From the NCBI GenBank assembly GCA_946965045.2, contig OX337238.1, forward strand, positions 3,038,001-3,102,000: DNA of 64,000 nt, read 5' to 3'. This document shows, piece after piece, positions 25,038 through 36,900 of the stretch; the first letter of the stretch is position 1; each line of letters opens with the position of its first letter. A program made the position numbers and the translations under genes. Under the pieces are notes generated by a model. The model saw nothing but the letters and a program-made list of their open reading frames with translations. It had not been told where the DNA came from and made no database searches. This DNA comes from Epithemia pelagica (lineage: Eukaryota > Protista > Bacillariophyta).

Positions 25038-25807
25038 AGGAAGAGCACTTTAAATGAATGTTCCTGCATTCACCTCCATCGTCAGGAATTGTGAGTTTAT
25101 GCAATATTCATGTTGGTGCCCATGCCGTGCAGTGAAGCTAAGTTCCAATGCCAAAACACTATTCCTTTGCGTTCATCAAGAATTTTCGTTATAGTAGTGT
25201 TCGAATTTAATGTATGACTGTCTTTACGTGAACGCCATGGAGTAATCTAAGTACAGAAATGGTCACAGTCACTATTTCTGGGTCACTTGGGTCTGATCCG
25301 GTCAGATCTTGGATCAGACCACTGTATCAGTTTCAGTGATGAGGACCAATATTGAAACATGAATAACTTTTCGCAAGTCTCTCTAGAAACAGTATAGAAG
25401 CGACCCTCTTATTCACTGAAAAAAGAGTTAACTAGATATAACTTAAGCCTAAACATTGCTCATCAACAAGGTCGTCTGGTCTGCCAATGAAAAAGCTGCC
25501 TGGGTCGAAAAAAACGACCTGGGTCGTTTTTTTGCCACCAGACCCAAAGACAACCTACGTAATTAATCCTTATATTTAACCAACCCACAGTTAACTCATT
25601 AAATAAGGAACAAGGAGGTCGGTTCAGTATTGGCATAAGTGCCAATGTCATGGAGAAATCTTCATTTATAAGAATCAGGATCAGACCCGGTCTGATCCTG
25701 GTCAGACCAGAATACCAATTACCCAGTATGCTTTCTTGGTCATAGTTTGGTTTCGCCAAAAAAACCACCCAGGTACTAAACTCCCCAACGTTCATTCCAA
25801 AATTGTT

Positions 25808-26871
25808 ATGACACGCTCCGGTAGGAACTCCCTTGGTGAAGGTCACTTACTCTCTTGGGATTCCAGGACAGCAGACGCTGAGTACCTGGAAGACTTGGTA
25901 AAAAATCGTGCCTTTGCAGCAAGCGCTGCACCAAAGCAAGTGTGGTCTGATCATCCACAGTTCATGAAGTACAAGCTTGAATCATTTCGTACTGCATTGA
26001 ATAAACTCAAAAAAAAATATGGATACCATTTGAGAGATGGCCCAAAGGAACAGGACAGTAAGGTGACCAGCAAGGAAGAGAGTTTCAATCCATTGGAAGA
26101 TGTTGAGGATGATGCAGACGACGACCTTCCCCCTGGTTCTGGTTTGTTTGGGAAGAAGAAGGCACCAGGTGCACCAGGTAAGTCATGGTACGTGATCAAA
26201 ATTGGCGACTTCTTGGTACCTACCTAATGTTCTCTCATCTATTGCTCTTTCTATCTTTCTCTACAGATAAAATTAAGAGTATAGCTATGAATTTGTTACA
26301 AGGAAAAGAGAAAAAAAGGTCTGGAGTCGCCGTTCCAGTTGGTGGTGCTGACCTTGGAGCATTGGAAAACAAGAGAAAGAAGTCAGAAAAGAAGGATATG
26401 ATGAAAGAATGGACGCCCCCTCATGTGCTGACCCAGTGGGTGGATCAGAACAAACAAAAGCATGTGGTTGTAGTGATCAACCTGCCCACTGGGGTTGCGC
26501 ACAGAGATACAAGAAATTGCGACATTGAGGTTGGTGAGTCACAGAAGGAACTGATTGTGAAGATCATTTGGCCTACCAATAGCACAGATGTGGGAGAACT
26601 GTTGAAGCAGTTCTCCCAGGAGTGGATGGAGAAGGATGAAAACATTCGTAAGAAATTGGCTCTAGAAGATGCATTCAATCAATTGAAAGAAAGACAGACT
26701 GATTATGTGAGATCCAAGTTTGTCCTCTCTTTGCCTTTTGCAGTACAGTCAAAGTTTGACTACGAGTTTTTGTTTGACACTATCAATGGATTTCGTGCAC
26801 TGATGGTATTCCTAGACGAACCGGATGCAAAATTCGAGGGTGGAATGCGCCACAAAATGGTGGCCCTTTAG
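25808..26871 (+). CDS. Harbinger second ORF: N-terminal helical (Myb/MADF-like) region + putative alpha-crystallin/HSP20-like C-terminal domain (324 aa)
   Basis: Exons 25808-26177 and 26267-26871; phase-1 intron GTAAGT..CAG keeps the frame. The gene lies inside the TIRs. The domain calls are pattern-based. Confidence 0.7.
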
Positions 26872-27474
26872 ATAGCTGTAAAGTGTTCTTGTGTCGCGGT
26901 TGCAAAAACCGGGTGGTGGTGGGGACCGATTACACTATATTTTAAGTTACCTATTATTCTGTTGATCGTATTACTAACCTAGCAATAGCTAACATAGTCG
27001 GTCTGCCTTTCTATGATGAAGTGGGGCTGATATTATCAGGTTTACCCCACTCTCCTGATATTACCAAGACCAAATGCATGCCATTTATGCGACTGTCCGG
27101 GGACTGGAGTCTCTTTTAGTGTGCGCCACGATTTCTGTGTGAAAAAGCCAATCACCATGAAGATGCCTCTTCGAATTGCTCGAGACTGCGTGCGGCGACA
27201 CTTGGATGTGGACGGTCATGATATTATTTACTTGCCAAACCGAAACAAGAGATACGGAACTGTGGTGCAAGAAGGCCACCCAAGATAGAGAGAGTATGCG
27301 GCGTGTCATCGAAAGATTTTCGCTGGTTTCATAAGTGTACTTGATGGACATCAAGTCCTATACTTCACTCGACTATCCCACAAAATAGAAACAGATGGAA
27401 GACGTGGCACAAGATCCTTCGCGACTCAAAACGTCAAAGAAGGAATGGGAACTATTGTGCTTTCGTTATAGGTT

Positions 27475-30324
27475 ATGGGTCTTCCAGTTGGATCCTTTCG
27501 CAACAAGCAACAACAGCCGCCACAACAATCAGCAAGACACCACGTTCCATACCATGAAGTAAGTCAAATGCAACGAGATTCTTGTGTGGGGATATTTATT
27601 TCTCTACAGCACTCATTCTTGTTCTATAGGTGTAGCCGTGCACCCAGATTCTTGTGGAATGCGGCCGCTCGTCTCTCCACCTCCTCCGATTTGGGCAAAA
27701 GAGGCATGGCAGCCGTTGGTACAAGTCGTCCCTTCGATTGCCGCTTGGCGCTTCCTTCCGGTCGTCGTGGGCAGCAGGACCTCGTTGTGCGACACGGCAC
27801 CTTACAACATTCACCACCACCATTTCCTCTTCTTGCGTTGAGCCATTCCTTTTGCATGCCACAACGCATTTCTTGTTGTTGGCACTCCAGTACTACTTTT
27901 CCCAACAGTAACGAGAACCACCAGAACCAGAGTCACGACGACGGCAACGATGGCGACACGAACCATGGGCCAACACCCACTGTTGCTGACGACGACGACG
28001 ACGACTACGATGACGACGATGATGACGATGGCTACGATGGTAATGATGGCGACACGGACCATGGGTCAACGACAAGCACCAGTGCATCCACAACCAACTC
28101 CACACCCACTACTGGAGTAGCCCAATTGGGATGGACCGAAAATGGAGCTCTCACCTATTGGGCCACGGGCAGCGCCTGTGTCGATTTGTATTTTGATGTT
28201 GTACCCGGCATATCGGTGAGTCAATTACACGAGTTGCTTCTTCGGGCATGGGATGAAGACCCACATGTCACATTGCAATTGATTGTCCAACTGGGGGATC
28301 CTCGCAAGGGCAAGTCGGATCGCGACAATTTTTATCAAGCCTTGTATTGGTTGTACCAGAAAACGCCCGAGACGGTGGTACTGAATCTACGACCAATCGC
28401 CGAGTTGACATGTTGGAAATCCATTTTGGATTTGCTCGTCTTGGTCGCGTACGGACCAACCGCCTTGGATGATACCAGGTCCCAAGAATCACAACAACGA
28501 CTGGACCGACAGCAACAAGAACACGACACTAGTACACTGCCGTTTCTGGTACGGCAATTTTTTGCTTGTCCAGACTATGTACCGTTGTTCCAACAAGGTG
28601 GATATACCATTCACAATGCCTTTACCCTGGAACCCCTACGCAAAACCAACCAGAAATACCGCAACCACAACAATCCCGGTAAACAACGAATCATCCAATG
28701 GGTGGACAACGACATTCGTGTGGCGTATAAATCCTTTCAAACTGTGTATAATCGCGAGCGTCAAGAGGTAGCACGGGTGCTACGAAAGGAAAAACACAGC
28801 GAACTGAAGCGGCATGCGCAGAGCTTGCTGGAAACGGATCGTGACTATCAACGGTTGTGGAATGCCGTGGCCGACTTGTTTGCTCAGGAATTGAAACACG
28901 ACAAGAAACGATTGGATGAACATTATCAACATCTGAGCAATCGCAATCCCAATTCCACGGACACGTCTACCGAGCCCTTGCCCGTACCGTGGTTTTCGGG
29001 TTTGCCCGCCAAATGGGCCCCCACGATCAAAAACTCGCATGATCGCCGTACCGGAATTGTGAATGGCATTGTCGAACGCTTGTATCCCCCGGCAACCCAT
29101 CAATGGCCGAATGGTACGTACGACGACTATTTGAGTTTTGCTCGTGATTGGTATCGCAAGGAAGTGTCCCGCCAACGTGGTGCGGCGCAAATTCCCGAAC
29201 ATTATATTGGTTCCGGATCGTGGCACTTGGTCAATTACCAACGCATGCCATCGAATTGCCGCTATCTCCATGGACACATTTACGAAAAACACGATACCCA
29301 ACGATATCATGAATACCTCCAAGAGGCCAAGTCGGAAGCACAGGCAGTCTTGATGGCGCAGCAGGAACCAGAGTCGGAAGAGGAGGATAGTGCTCCTACC
29401 ACCTTGTCCAACAAGATCAAGGCAGGTGCCTTGTTGCCTCACAAGATTGTCGAAAAGGCCTTATTGACTCACAACGAGCTGGACAACGATCGCAACAACG
29501 AGGAATCCAGTGCTAGTAGTACTAGCAGCCAGAGTTCGTTGGATGAGGACGAGTCAAATCTGCAATGGCTTCAATTGGTTCAAGATATTCGCAATTCAGG
29601 CGCACTCCCTCCCCGCTCCATGTCTATATGTGATGTGTCGGGATCCATGATTGGTGAACCCATGAATGTGGCCATTGCTTTGTCCTTATTGGTGTCCGAT
29701 TTGGAACCTTTGTCGTCACCTTGGCGGGGCAAGATTGTGTCCTTCTCGGCGAGACCACAATTGTATACTGTCGATCCTCCTTCCTTGAACAATTTGGCAC
29801 CGCGTGCTTTGCAGATTCAAGGTATGGACTGGGGGTCCAATACTAATTTTCAATCCGTCTTCAATCTAATTTTGGAATCGGCGCAGTTTTGGAAGGTTCC
29901 CAGGGAAGAAATGCCCACGACCTTGTTTGTTTTCTCCGACATGGAGTTTGATCAAGCCAGGACTTTCTCCCACCTACAATGGGAAACGGATTATGAACAA
30001 ATCCAATCCAAATATCAACAAGCTGGGTACGATCGAGAGGCCGTTCCACACATTGTATTTTGGAATTTACGACCGTCTCGATCAAAGCCTACATCCAGTA
30101 GTCAGCGAGGTGTCACTCTCTTGAGTGGCTTTGGAGCTGGAATGCTCAAATCCTTCTTGGCTGGACAATGGCAAGATATTACACCCTTTAAACAAATGTT
30201 GGAAGCTCTCCGACCATATCGAGATCACTTGAAATTAGCACCCACGGTAGCAAAATCCTCCAACGACCCTTCAAAACCGAAATCAACAAGGATAGATGCA
30301 ACCGACGCAACTACCATAGTGTAA
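27475..30324 (+). CDS. DUF2828-family protein (TROVE-like + vWA), copy 2, inverted relative to copy 1
   Basis: 949-aa ORF with long stretches identical to 13145-15787. The true start may be a downstream ATG (MAAVGTSRP region or 27856). Confidence 0.88.
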   Translation: MGLPVGSFRNKQQQPPQQSARHHVPYHEVSQMQRDSCVGIFISLQHSFLFYRCSRAPRFLWNAAARLSTSSDLGKRGMAAVGTSRPFDCRLALPSGRRGQQDLVVRHGTLQHSPPPFPLLALSHSFCMPQRISCCWHSSTTFPNSNENHQNQSHDDGNDGDTNHGPTPTVADDDDDDYDDDDDDDGYDGNDGDTDHGSTTSTSASTTNSTPTTGVAQLGWTENGALTYWATGSACVDLYFDVVPGISVSQLHELLLRAWDEDPHVTLQLIVQLGDPRKGKSDRDNFYQALYWLYQKTPETVVLNLRPIAELTCWKSILDLLVLVAYGPTALDDTRSQESQQRLDRQQQEHDTSTLPFLVRQFFACPDYVPLFQQGGYTIHNAFTLEPLRKTNQKYRNHNNPGKQRIIQWVDNDIRVAYKSFQTVYNRERQEVARVLRKEKHSELKRHAQSLLETDRDYQRLWNAVADLFAQELKHDKKRLDEHYQHLSNRNPNSTDTSTEPLPVPWFSGLPAKWAPTIKNSHDRRTGIVNGIVERLYPPATHQWPNGTYDDYLSFARDWYRKEVSRQRGAAQIPEHYIGSGSWHLVNYQRMPSNCRYLHGHIYEKHDTQRYHEYLQEAKSEAQAVLMAQQEPESEEEDSAPTTLSNKIKAGALLPHKIVEKALLTHNELDNDRNNEESSASSTSSQSSLDEDESNLQWLQLVQDIRNSGALPPRSMSICDVSGSMIGEPMNVAIALSLLVSDLEPLSSPWRGKIVSFSARPQLYTVDPPSLNNLAPRALQIQGMDWGSNTNFQSVFNLILESAQFWKVPREEMPTTLFVFSDMEFDQARTFSHLQWETDYEQIQSKYQQAGYDREAVPHIVFWNLRPSRSKPTSSSQRGVTLLSGFGAGMLKSFLAGQWQDITPFKQMLEALRPYRDHLKLAPTVAKSSNDPSKPKSTRIDATDATTIV

Positions 30325-30625
30325 ATACCCGATCAAGGGTACTGGAACTCTTTCAAGACCATCACAACAAAACACAAAAGCCTCAAGCCCATAGTATACA
30401 CAGTTGGCATTCGAGACGGTTCATTTATCTAAGTCACATTTCATTTCTATTACTCTCACGAAGAAAATCGTTCGAGAGCTGATGGGTATTCTCGGTTGTG
30501 GGACCACAAGTACAGTGTAGCATATCTCAACTCTCGTCATTGATTGTGCCATATCTAGCAGAATTTCGAGGGCGTATAGTCTCTAGTAGCAGCCCATTGC
30601 ATTGATTATTTTCGACCTGTAGTAA

Positions 30626-31948
30626 TCATGAATTTGTTTTTGACATTTGATACGACTCATTTGGCACTTGTTCGCAGAGTCGACGAAAACACCACGTATT
30701 CTTGTCCATCAAGGATAGTGTCTCACAAGAAGGATTCGAAAGGCCACTAAGAATGGCAATACCCTTTGAGTGAACGACCATTGTGCCTTCGTAATGTACC
30801 TCTGCGAATCGTGGGAGTTTCCAGACACGGTTGCGAATTGTATCCCATACGGTCGCTGCCACTTCCACGCTGAGAATAATACAGGATCCCACAGCCACGG
30901 ATGTAATGGAGGTTCCAACCTGTGCGTCTGAAAGATCGACACCCGTGTGAGTTTGCCAAGCACAAGGCGAGAGAAAGACTTGTTGTGCTGTAGTTTCCGT
31001 CGTCTCCTTGTTGTCCCATGGTTGCTGAAACTCCAAAAACTCAACCTCTTTCAGAAAAGCACTCTCACTGCGTCCTCCCACAACAAGGATGCGATGGCCA
31101 ACGATCGCACTTGTAAACCTTGCTCGAGGAACATTCATGGATGGTCCGGCCATGACAATGTGCACAACTGTATCGATAATATCAACCGTGGACAAATAAC
31201 TCCCGTTATGGATTCCACCCATGACGACAATGTAACGATTGTGAACAGCAACAGCCGAACATCCATCTCTTTCCGTAGACAATCGACAAGTCAGGGTCGT
31301 CCATTGGTGGTTCCTGGTAGAGGAACTTGCCGGTGAAACTTGCAACAAGTCTTTAGAATCGATGCGTTCGATACTGTCCAATCGTGCACTTCCATTGTAT
31401 CCTCCCATGACATAGACGCCTCCATTGCATACCACAGCTGCATGAGAGTCTCGATTTTCGCACAAGGGTGGTCCCTCCTGCCACTGCTTGTTTTCTGCTG
31501 CGTTTTCCAAATTCAACAACAACACGGAATTGGTGGTGCCTTGATTCGCGCCTTTGTGTCCTCCCAACACGACGACCATCTGTACATTGGCCTTTTCGGG
31601 ATGATCCAGCACAACGGAGGCATGTAACCAACGGCATTCATCTCCCATTGATAAAGGAGGCCAGTCATGGATCTTCCAGTGTGGCAGCACCGCACTGCTT
31701 GTTGTGTTGTCGCTGCTGTCGGTAAAGACAAGCACCGATTGGAAGGCTTGTTCCTGCAGTGTCAATGCCGGTGTAGGTGATCGGAACAACGCCGTTACGT
31801 TTGTTGAGGAGAGGAAGTGCCATAGGGAATCAAGAATCCATGTCATTGTCACCATGGGTCTCGTTTTCGAGACAGAGAGGAGGTGGATATGGATGGAATT
31901 GCAGAACGCGACTGATGAAAAATGTGGTGCACCGATGTCGAGCGACAT
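30626..31948 (-). CDS. Kelch-repeat protein K3 (single exon; alternative start at 31855)
   Basis: Repeated VVVLGG/VYVMGG/YIVVMGG/ILVVGG blocks and W.EGP.L..R..HAAVVCNG. Confidence 0.85.
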   Translation of the reverse strand: MSLDIGAPHFSSVAFCNSIHIHLLSVSKTRPMVTMTWILDSLWHFLSSTNVTALFRSPTPALTLQEQAFQSVLVFTDSSDNTTSSAVLPHWKIHDWPPLSMGDECRWLHASVVLDHPEKANVQMVVVLGGHKGANQGTTNSVLLLNLENAAENKQWQEGPPLCENRDSHAAVVCNGGVYVMGGYNGSARLDSIERIDSKDLLQVSPASSSTRNHQWTTLTCRLSTERDGCSAVAVHNRYIVVMGGIHNGSYLSTVDIIDTVVHIVMAGPSMNVPRARFTSAIVGHRILVVGGRSESAFLKEVEFLEFQQPWDNKETTETTAQQVFLSPCAWQTHTGVDLSDAQVGTSITSVAVGSCIILSVEVAATVWDTIRNRVWKLPRFAEVHYEGTMVVHSKGIAILSGLSNPSCETLSLMDKNTWCFRRLCEQVPNESYQMSKTNS

Positions 31949-32526
31949 GCGCGACGCGCCGGACGATCTCTTTTAAATCAACGTCTAAGTCTAAAAGTAA
32001 TTAAATGCAGTCAATCAGGCGGGCGTGCTGATATGGGATTCGGAGTCATGAGCGAGCAAGACCAGATGCTCTTCCTGCGTGCCATGTGACTGCTTCCGAG
32101 CCAAGCACGCGAGGGGATCTTTATCATCGACAAAACACCCTTTGTCGCGACACACCATAATGATATGGCTTAACACCATTGTCGACCTGTCTAGAAGTGT
32201 CGATTGAAGGGAGAGTCATTTCTCCATGAAAAGACAACAATGGTCACGCCTAAAATCAATAGCCCAGGTGTTTCGATCGATTCTCAAAAGTGGGCGAGTC
32301 GATCAAAAGAGCTCGATACCGCCCGCCCACACACATGGTTGGAACGAAACAAGACATGTACATTTCGTACTATATACCACACGAGCCAGGAAAATGAGGC
32401 TCGCTGGTGTTCTGAATCGCCAGTTTTTATGTATGAAGGGTTGATGAAATGGAACAACAACTCGATCACTGGATCGTTGTCGATTGTCTATACTGTTCCA
32501 GTCTGATTCGCCACGAGTTGGCCCGG

Positions 32527-33508
32527 TTAACAAAGTCTCGATTGGATGTGACCAGACCACCACACCATGACCAGCCCACACAAAAGAACAAAAAGAATGT
32601 ATCCAGAAACCAAGAGCAGTCCAGCAAGTATCACGAAAGAGGTCCAGCCGCAACTGCTGTGGCTTGGATCCGATGCCCTTGATGTTTGCGCGACTGGATG
32701 GAAACCTGTCATACTCGAGGCGGACGAGGCTTCCCGGTCCAACAAGACGGCCTCCAAAACATGGAGGGGGAAATCAACGCCCCTTAGGAAACGAGGAGGA
32801 CTTGCCCATTGAAGACGAGTCCATTGGCTGGTGTTGGTTGACGGCTTGGTACTTATACCAGTACTCGCGTTTGAGTAGGACGCTCCCGAGTCTGGATGGT
32901 ACTGCGGTTCACGAGTTGCGTAATACGGAGAAAATCGAGGGTCGTAGGCATCACAAGTTTCGGGACATGGATCAAGATCACATGTCCAGTATAGAGATGG
33001 AGGCCTGAGGTCGAGAGACTTCCAGTAGACTTCTTGTTCCTTCCGACAATCAGCAATCCAGTTGTCCAAGGATTGGGTAAAGGCAAAAGATTCAACTAGT
33101 TCCATGTCGGCGCGGTGCTTGTTCTTTTTTGTATCCGTCATAGTTCTTGGAGCAAAAGATAAAGAAGGCAGCAACAAGCAAGGTGAATATAAATTGGCGA
33201 TCCGAAATGCTTAGTTCTATGTATTGCAGAACCTGGGCGAACGATACTTACGAAATGGACAAGTTCGTTCGAGCATTGCTTCTCGGATGGCTTTGACCAT
33301 GTTTTGTAACTCTGTTTGGAACGGTCCGACGACGAGGTTCATACAAAAATCCAGTCGCCTTCATTTCGTTCATGTCTCGTTCCAACTTGTGGACGATTGC
33401 ATCGAACACGAATGGGTCAGCACCTCGGAGGAGCACGGCCGATTGGAGCACTACAACAATTGAGAAGCTTGTTCGGAGAAGGAACGACAATCCAAGGCCC
33501 ATGGTCAT
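32527..33508 (-). CDS. Mini alpha2-delta-like membrane protein lacking the vWA domain (291 aa)
   Basis: Exons 33508..33252 and 33145..32527; phase-2 intron 33146-33251 (GTAAGT..AAG). LVESFAFTQSLDNW...YWKSLDLRP...YDPRFSPYYA aligns with IESICFSRYLDEW...YWKSLNIQP...YDPRLRPWYVA of 17224-19766. Hydrophobic N- and C-termini. Confidence 0.65.
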
Positions 33509-33965
33509 AAATGGCAAGAGTTGAAACGAGTCACCAAGAATTGTCCTGCTGAACAAGCAATGCGCGATGGTGACGGTACTTGACTGTTGTCGTTGAGTCT
33601 TGTGTTCTTTCATTCGTGCACACCTGTGGTCATTCGCACTCGATTCAACAGGGCGACTGAGCCTCTTTGTCTTTGGTTCGCAAAAGTCCACGTGGGCCCT
33701 CCAGCTGCAGCGTTGGTACAAAGTATGAGGAGACGCTGCCAAACCGCAGAACTTCTGCATCTCTTAGCTGTGTCAGATTGACTATCAACCATGTGCGTCT
33801 CTGTGCGACTTTGGTATAGTACCTAGCAATCCGGCAAATTGATTCATGGTGAGGTTATGTCCCTCAAAGCACTACAACTTCGGAGAGATCAAACATTTGA
33901 TGAAACAATACCACTGACGAATACTTAGTCTAGGTTATGCCGCTCATCGAATTCGATCGAAAATG

Positions 33966-36900
33966 TTAGGCAGATTGGGAAGTGGCCAACATGTCGTCAT
34001 AGTCTTTCCGAGCAACAATATTGCTGAGCGTTTCCCAGGCTTCCACTAAACGACGAAAGATAAAGGCCGAGTCTCCATGATTGCGATGATCGGGATGAAA
34101 TGCCTTTGATAGACTCTCAAATTTGGACTTGATTTCTGATGTCGTTGCATCATGTGAGACACCAAGGATATCGTAATGCGTTGCATTACTACTATAAAAT
34201 AGGGCAACATCCTGAGATGGTGATTTCGCATTTCCTTCTAGAAGGATGGAGACTTTCTCATGAGCTTCGACCATGCTAGCTGCATGTTCCCGAGTACGCC
34301 GTTCTCGCTCCTCCATAAACAACCGCTTTAGGTTTGTACCGCTGAACGCATAACGAGAACAACGATAACCATTCATATCTTTCAAAAAGCAGACACTTGT
34401 GGATCGATCAGTTCCTTTGCTAAGAGCTTTCTTGAAAGCAATTGTTCGGTAGTGATCAGTCTCAGCCTTATCAACTGCATCCTTCGTAGTAGCGAGTTCA
34501 TGTCCAAACAGGTCCTCACGCCGCTTGTCCAGGAAAGAATACAACCCTCTCGAGCGACGCGCATGGTCCATTTCATACAAAGTACCCTCGAAGTGTTCCT
34601 CGATATAGTCGGAGCTGACAACGATGCTGTAGCGAAAGAGGACAACAGGAGTAAGAAACAGCCAACCATTGATGATTGAAACCAAATATATTCCTACCTG
34701 AAGCTTCCTTCCGCACCCTGACGAGCAGCACGTCCCTTGATCTGGATTTCTTCAGACAATTTCGGTGAGAAGAAAGCCTGAATTACATGTGCACCACCGG
34801 CGTTCAACATCGCTCGGTCATAATTCTTGAAATCGGTACCACGGCCATAGTCGCGAATCATCAATGAGATAGCCCCCTTGTGAGTGGCCTTTATAAATGC
34901 AGAATCTTTTTCGGTGCTCGATGTCGTTTCCGTAATGACTTGCGTGATGCCCTTGTACGGTTGCATCGGTGATGAATTATAGAAACGGAGCAGAGCGTCA
35001 GTGTTATCAAAGAACACCAATACACTCCTCTTGACCTCGGGCGGACCGTTCCGGGAAACACGACGACGATCTATCTCATTTCGGATCTGGAGAAAATAGT
35101 CATGTTCGGAGCTGCATAGGATCACGTCTATGAAGGTATTCAAAAAAAGTGAGACGAAAATTTATTCACACAGGGCTGAGCTCCAAGACATCGGATACGT
35201 ACCTTCGGCACTGTCGCTGGCAAATCGAAGTCTATTTTCGCCGTAGACAGACGGAAGATAAGAAAAGTGGTTAATTCCATACACAGATGTGAGAACCCCC
35301 CTTTTCTTCTTTGTTGAGCGACTTGAGCGTTCCGGTAACACCAAGTATGAAGTCATATAGCAAAGGTACTTCAGCGAACGACACTTTTCCAATGCCAAGG
35401 ATAAAACCAAGATTTGACTTCATCTGTTCGCTACCAACATTTCCCATTTCATACTCTTTCATGTAGGCAAACATTGTGTGATATCCCATAACAGCGGTAG
35501 TTGTTAATCCGTCAAAATACTTGTATCCAATCCTTCCGTCAACAACGTTGTAATCGTGACCGCCGTTACCAACTGCCTTTGCATGCACCAGCATGGCATA
35601 CATTTCATCTCGTAACAGCTCCTGCATGTCAACAGAGAAATTTCGCAAGCACCGTTCGGCCTCGAAAGAGCCAACTACTTCAATGGGATCCAATGTATCA
35701 CGATACTTCCAGATGAATTTGATCAAAGCCTCTATGTTGTCATCGGAGAGCAGAGCACCTGGGTTGAATGTATTGCCGTAGAATTCACTGTTGAAAAAGA
35801 CATCAACTTCGTCAATCAGCAAAACTCGCATGGGCGCAACATCATGTTTGTCTTGAGTTGAATCCATATGGTCAGTCGAGGATGTTTTTCGGAAGAAGCT
35901 ATAAATCACATCAGCCGAATAATTGTTAGATGCAAACTCACTTGCAACCTCATTGAGAGTTCCGTAACGAATCGATTCAGCAACCCCAAAATGAAAGAAC
36001 ATCTCAAAGAAATCTTTGTGGTCACGACCACTCAGGTATTGACTGTAGCTTACGCAGTCCACCTCAAAGTTGAACAGAGCAAGCACAATTGAAGTCACTC
36101 CCAGAACAATGGATTTTCCCTCGCCTGTCTTAACTTCCACAAGTTGATTGGACAGCTGTTTGTAATAATCGGCACAAGAGCTCAGCATGAGGAAAATTGC
36201 CACGACTTGCGCAGGGTGTGGTTTCATGAGGAAATTGGCTCCATCCTCAACCGAAGAAAGCACAATATCATTACTGTTGTGCAGTGTCCAATAAGCAAAG
36301 ATGTGTGCCATCATCTTCGAGATTTGAACGCTGTACCCTAGTGTGTAGTCACGAGCCAAGCTACGGGTAGCCCATACCAAATGATCCAAACTTTTGGCTT
36401 TCTTTTCGGGCTCACCAAGAAGAGGAAGCCGGTCCATCACAAGCTTGTTGTAAGTCTTCTCAAAGACTTCATACATGCTCTTGAACGATTCAACACAAGG
36501 GCACTCGGATTCGAGTCCATCTAAAACGTAGTCAATCGTTTGTCGTGCTGTCACCCTGTTGAACATTTCAGTTTTCCCGCTTTCAAAGCACTTGTGCTCA
36601 GATAAAAGCTGCGCTGACATCACCGCATCTTCGCCATCCATAGAACTCAACTTCAGGTAGAGATCAAGGAGGAACTTGCCACCATCTCGTGAAGATTCCA
36701 TGGAGGATTGGATAAGAGCATCGATAGAAGAGTCGATCTTTTCTCGCCAAAGTCCAAGATCCAAAGAAGATTTTTTCAAAGCAATGATTTTCCGAGCAAG
36801 CTCGATATTATCAGTTTCGGCTTCCTCGCTGATTTCTTTCACTTTCAGTAGAAAGACTCTCGTTGCATCCTCAAGCATAGATTTTGCGTAGTTGGACAAA

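Larger units (their letters stand above)
23966..27054. mobile_element. Complete PIF/Harbinger-type DNA transposon (3089 bp) with two divergent genes
   Basis: TIRs GAGTGTGGGGTAAACCTGATATTATC (23966-23991) and GATATTATCAGGTTTACCCCACTCTC (27029-27054) match 24/26 as inverted repeats. CTG is duplicated at 23963-23965 and 27055-27057 (CWG-type TSD). The interior looks more AT-rich than the flanks. Confidence 0.88.
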
